64,000 nucleotides of DNA, taken from NCBI GenBank assembly GCA_040285825.1, contig JAUPSS010000008.1, positions 1,286,996-1,350,995 of the forward strand, in the 5' to 3' direction. The translations under genes and the position numbers were made by a program. Below the pieces are notes generated by a model that saw only the letters and a list, made by a program, of their open reading frames with translations, searched no databases and was not told the DNA's origin. Source of the DNA: Eukaryota sp. TZLM1-RC (lineage: Eukaryota > Protista > Metamonada: BaSk clade). Positions 60,901 through 64,000 of the stretch are shown piece after piece (within the stretch, counting starts at the first letter, position 1; each line of letters opens with the position of its first letter).

Positions 60901-63900
60901 AGTCTGTAGAAATCAAACTCCCTTCCTTTAAAATAAAAGTAGCTGAATTAATTTGGAAGTAGAGAGGAGATTCAGAATCCATATTACCATTACCATCAAA
61001 AAAATTAATTCGTGGGAATCTTTTACATTTATAATGTTAGTTTCACCATTGATCACATCGCAGTTTTCAGTACATTTAGTTTGGGAATTACCAGTAAAAG
61101 TGGTACCTGAGAAACTCAACTTTTCGACTATTAGCATTCCATTACCTTTTCGAGTTGATGAGAGAAGATAAACATCACTAAAAAGTATAAATAGTATCTG
61201 AGTTTGTTAAATCCAAGTCTGAACTATCAAGAACAAAAGCTGCAGAAATGATGAGATCATCCTCATAATTAAATTCAATATTACCATTATTTGAACTGAA
61301 ACCAGTTAAAGAATCTAGCTTTGTATTAAAAAATGAAGCACTAGCTGTAGATTCAGAGTTAATAGTAAAACTACTTGCCTTTTAAATCACCATTATTAAA
61401 GGTAACAGATCCTTCTTGGAGTTCAATTGAGTCAATGTCAATACTTTCAAAAGTGTCATCGTAATCAAAAGTAACGTCACCAGTTTCTATTTCTAGCGAG
61501 TCTAATGGATTTAAATTCAGCACCATTAAAAGTTAATTCATTGTCAGTTCTGACAATAAAATCTCCGGTATCAACCTTTTGAACCAGAAGTAAACGTCAA
61601 CTTTCCATGTGAGTGAGTGATGGAACCAATTCCTGTATAAGTACCTTTAATTGTTAATTCAATAGGTTCCTGTAAAATTAGCGTATTTGGATGAACTTCA
61701 AGCTTGGAATTTTCGTTAAATGTATAGGAATCTCCTTTGAAATTAGCTTCACCACCATCTAAAAACCTTTAAAGTTCCATCAATGGTATTATCTACATCT
61801 AATTCTAATTTACCATTGACATTAATAGTGCCTTGTAAATCAAATAAATTCTCAATTACCAAAAATACCTTCTTCCTCTATATTAAGTGTACCCAATATT
61901 TGGAAATCTGTTTTTGGATGAGGTTGAAACAATGACTTTAGAGTCTGTAGAAATCAAACTCCCTTCCTTTAAAATAAAAAGTAGCTGAATTAATTTGGAA
62001 GTAGAGAGGAGATTCAGAATCCATATTACCATTACCATCAAAAATTAATTCGTGGGAATCTTTTACATTTATAATGTTAGTTTCACCATTGATCACATCG
62101 CAGTTTTCAGTACATTTAGTTTGGGAATTACCAGTAAAAAGTGGTACCTGAGAAACTCAACTTTTTCGACTATTAGCATTCCATTACCTTTTCGAGTTGA
62201 TGAGAGAAGATAAACATCACTAAAAAGTATAAATAGTATCTGAGTTTGTTAAATCCAAGTCTGAACTATCAAGAACAAAAAGCTGCAGAAATGATGAGAT
62301 CATCCTCATAATTAAATTCAATATTACCATTATTTGAACTGAAACCAGTTAAAGAATCTAGCTTTGTATTAAAAAAATGAAGCACTAGCTGTAGATTCAG
62401 AGTTAATAGTAAAACTACTTGCCTTTTAAATCACCATTATTAAAGGTAACAGATCCTTCTTGGAGTTCAATTGAGTCAATGTCAATACTTTCAAAAGTGT
62501 CATCGTAATCAAAAAGTAACGTCACCAGTTTCTATTTCTAGCGAGTCTAATGATTTAAATTCAGCACCATTAAAAGTTAATTCATTGTCAGTTCTGACAA
62601 TAAAATCTCCGGTATCAACCTTTGAACCAGAAGTAAACGTCAACTTTCCATGTGAGTGAGTGATGGAACCAATTCCTGTATAAGTACCTTTAATTGTTAA
62701 TTCAATAGGTTCCTGTAAAAATTAGCGTATTTGGATGAACTTCAAGCTTGGAATTTTCGTTAAATGTATAGGAATCTCCTTTGAAATTAGCTTCACCACC
62801 ATCTAAAACCTTTTAAAAGTTCCATCAATGGTATTATCTACATCTAATTCTAATTTACCATTGACATTAATAGTGCCTTGTAAATCAAATAAATTCTCAA
62901 TTACCAAAAATACCTTCTTCCCTCTATATTAAGTGTACCCAATATTTGGAAATCTGTTTTGGATGAGGTTGAAACAATGACTTTAGAGTCTGTAGAAATC
63001 AAACTCCCTTCCTTTAAAATAAAAGTAGCTGAATTAATTTGGAAGTAGAGAGGAGATTCAGAATCCATATTACCATTACCATCAAAAATTAATTCGTGGG
63101 AATCTTTTACATTTATAATGTTAGTTTCACCATTGATCACATCGCAGTTTTCAGTACATTTGGTTTGGGAATTACCAGTAAAAGTGGTACCTGAGAAACT
63201 CAACTTTTCGACTATTAGCATTCCATTACCTTTTCGAGTTGATGAGAGAAGATAAACATCACTAAAAGTATAAATAGTATCTGAGTTTGTTAAATCCAAG
63301 TCTGAACTATCAAGAACAAAAGCTGCAGAAATGATGAGATCATCCTCATAATTAAATTCAATATTACCATTATTTGAACTGAAACCAGTTAAAGAATCTA
63401 GCTTTGTATTGAAAAATGAAGCACTAGCTGTAGATTCAGAGTTAATGGTAAAACTACTTGCCTTTAAATCACCATTATTAAAGGTAACAGATCCTTCTTG
63501 GAGTTCAATTGAGTCAATGTCAATACTTTCAAAAGTGTCATCGTAATCAAAAGTAACGTGACCAGTTTCTATTTCTAGCGAGTCTAATGATTTAAATTCA
63601 GCACCACTAAAAGTTAATTCATTGTCAGTTTTAACAATAAAATCATCAGTATCCACCTTTGAACCAGAAGTAAACGTCAACTTTCCATGTGAGTGAGTGA
63701 TGGAACCAATTCCTGTATAAGTACCTTCAATTGATAATTCAATAGGTTCCTGTAAAGTTAGCGTATTTGGATGAACTTCAAGCTTGGAATTTTCGTTAAA
63801 TGTATAAGAATCTCCTTGAAAATAGCTCCACCACCATCTAAAAACCTTTTAGAAGTTCCACCAATGGTATTATCTACATCTAATTCTAATTTACCATTTA

Positions 63901-64000
63901 CATTAATAGTGCCTTGTAAATCAAATAAATCCTCAATTACCAAAATACCTGCTTCCTCTATATTAAGTGCCCAATGTTGGAAATCTGTTTTTGGATGAGG
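48942..64000 (-). CDS. Giant repetitive surface protein (>5000 aa, N-terminus beyond the window): beta-helix-like tandem repeats, IPT/TIG-like domains, Cys-rich GCC/ephrin-receptor-like repeats, C-terminal multipass TM region; apparent frameshifts
   Basis: ORFs 48942-50558, 50579-58111, 58353-59879, 60335-60982 and 62901-63680 are collinear; nearly all breaks are 1-nt indels in homopolymer runs. PTIGGPVIFSGVNFG and PVISSLSP are TIG-like; CDKCPRNTFS...CQQCPLGRIT is GCC-like. Confidence 0.8.
54840..64000 (-). repeat. Coding tandem array of about 9 units of 1026-1032 bp (342/344 aa)
   Basis: Anchor TTGGATGAGG recurs at about 55719, 56746, 57771, 58804, 59836, 60874, 61914, 62959 and 63991. Confidence 0.95.

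Noticed and set aside
2349-60962. Numerous short antisense ORFs in the track
   Set aside because: They are shadows of longer coding or repeated sequences, with no independent motifs.
58300-64000. Phase variation or pseudogenisation through homopolymer frameshifts
   Set aside because: Indels are almost all +1 in A/T runs, differ between units and increase toward the window edge, as expected for unpolished long-read error.

Overview
AT-rich eukaryotic (protist-like) genomic DNA in the standard genetic code, with tiny (28-30 nt) spliceosomal introns. Host genes: a YeiH/UPF0324 transporter, a D-box mitotic cyclin, an SPFH protein, a Rav1/DMXL-like RAVE subunit, a 1400-aa multipass surface protein, a hypothetical helical protein, and a >15-kb giant surface-protein gene built from ~1.03-kb tandem repeats. 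They are embedded in a dense graveyard of mobile elements: three Ty3/Gypsy LTR elements with ~106-128 bp LTRs (one chromovirus-type, nested and deleted), five 5'-truncated RLE-type non-LTR insertions from three families (three with clear TSDs), and remnants of three distinct Fanzor1 (eukaryotic TnpB) families. The main discovery is a repeated element in four decayed copies. Reassembled across the insertions, it encodes one polyprotein: short leader - 2A/StopGo-like peptide - (optional Ulp1/SENP-type protease) - DEDDh 3'-5' exonuclease - Fanzor1 RuvC nuclease, followed by hairpins resembling an omegaRNA. All calls come from manual motif reading; no database searches were run.
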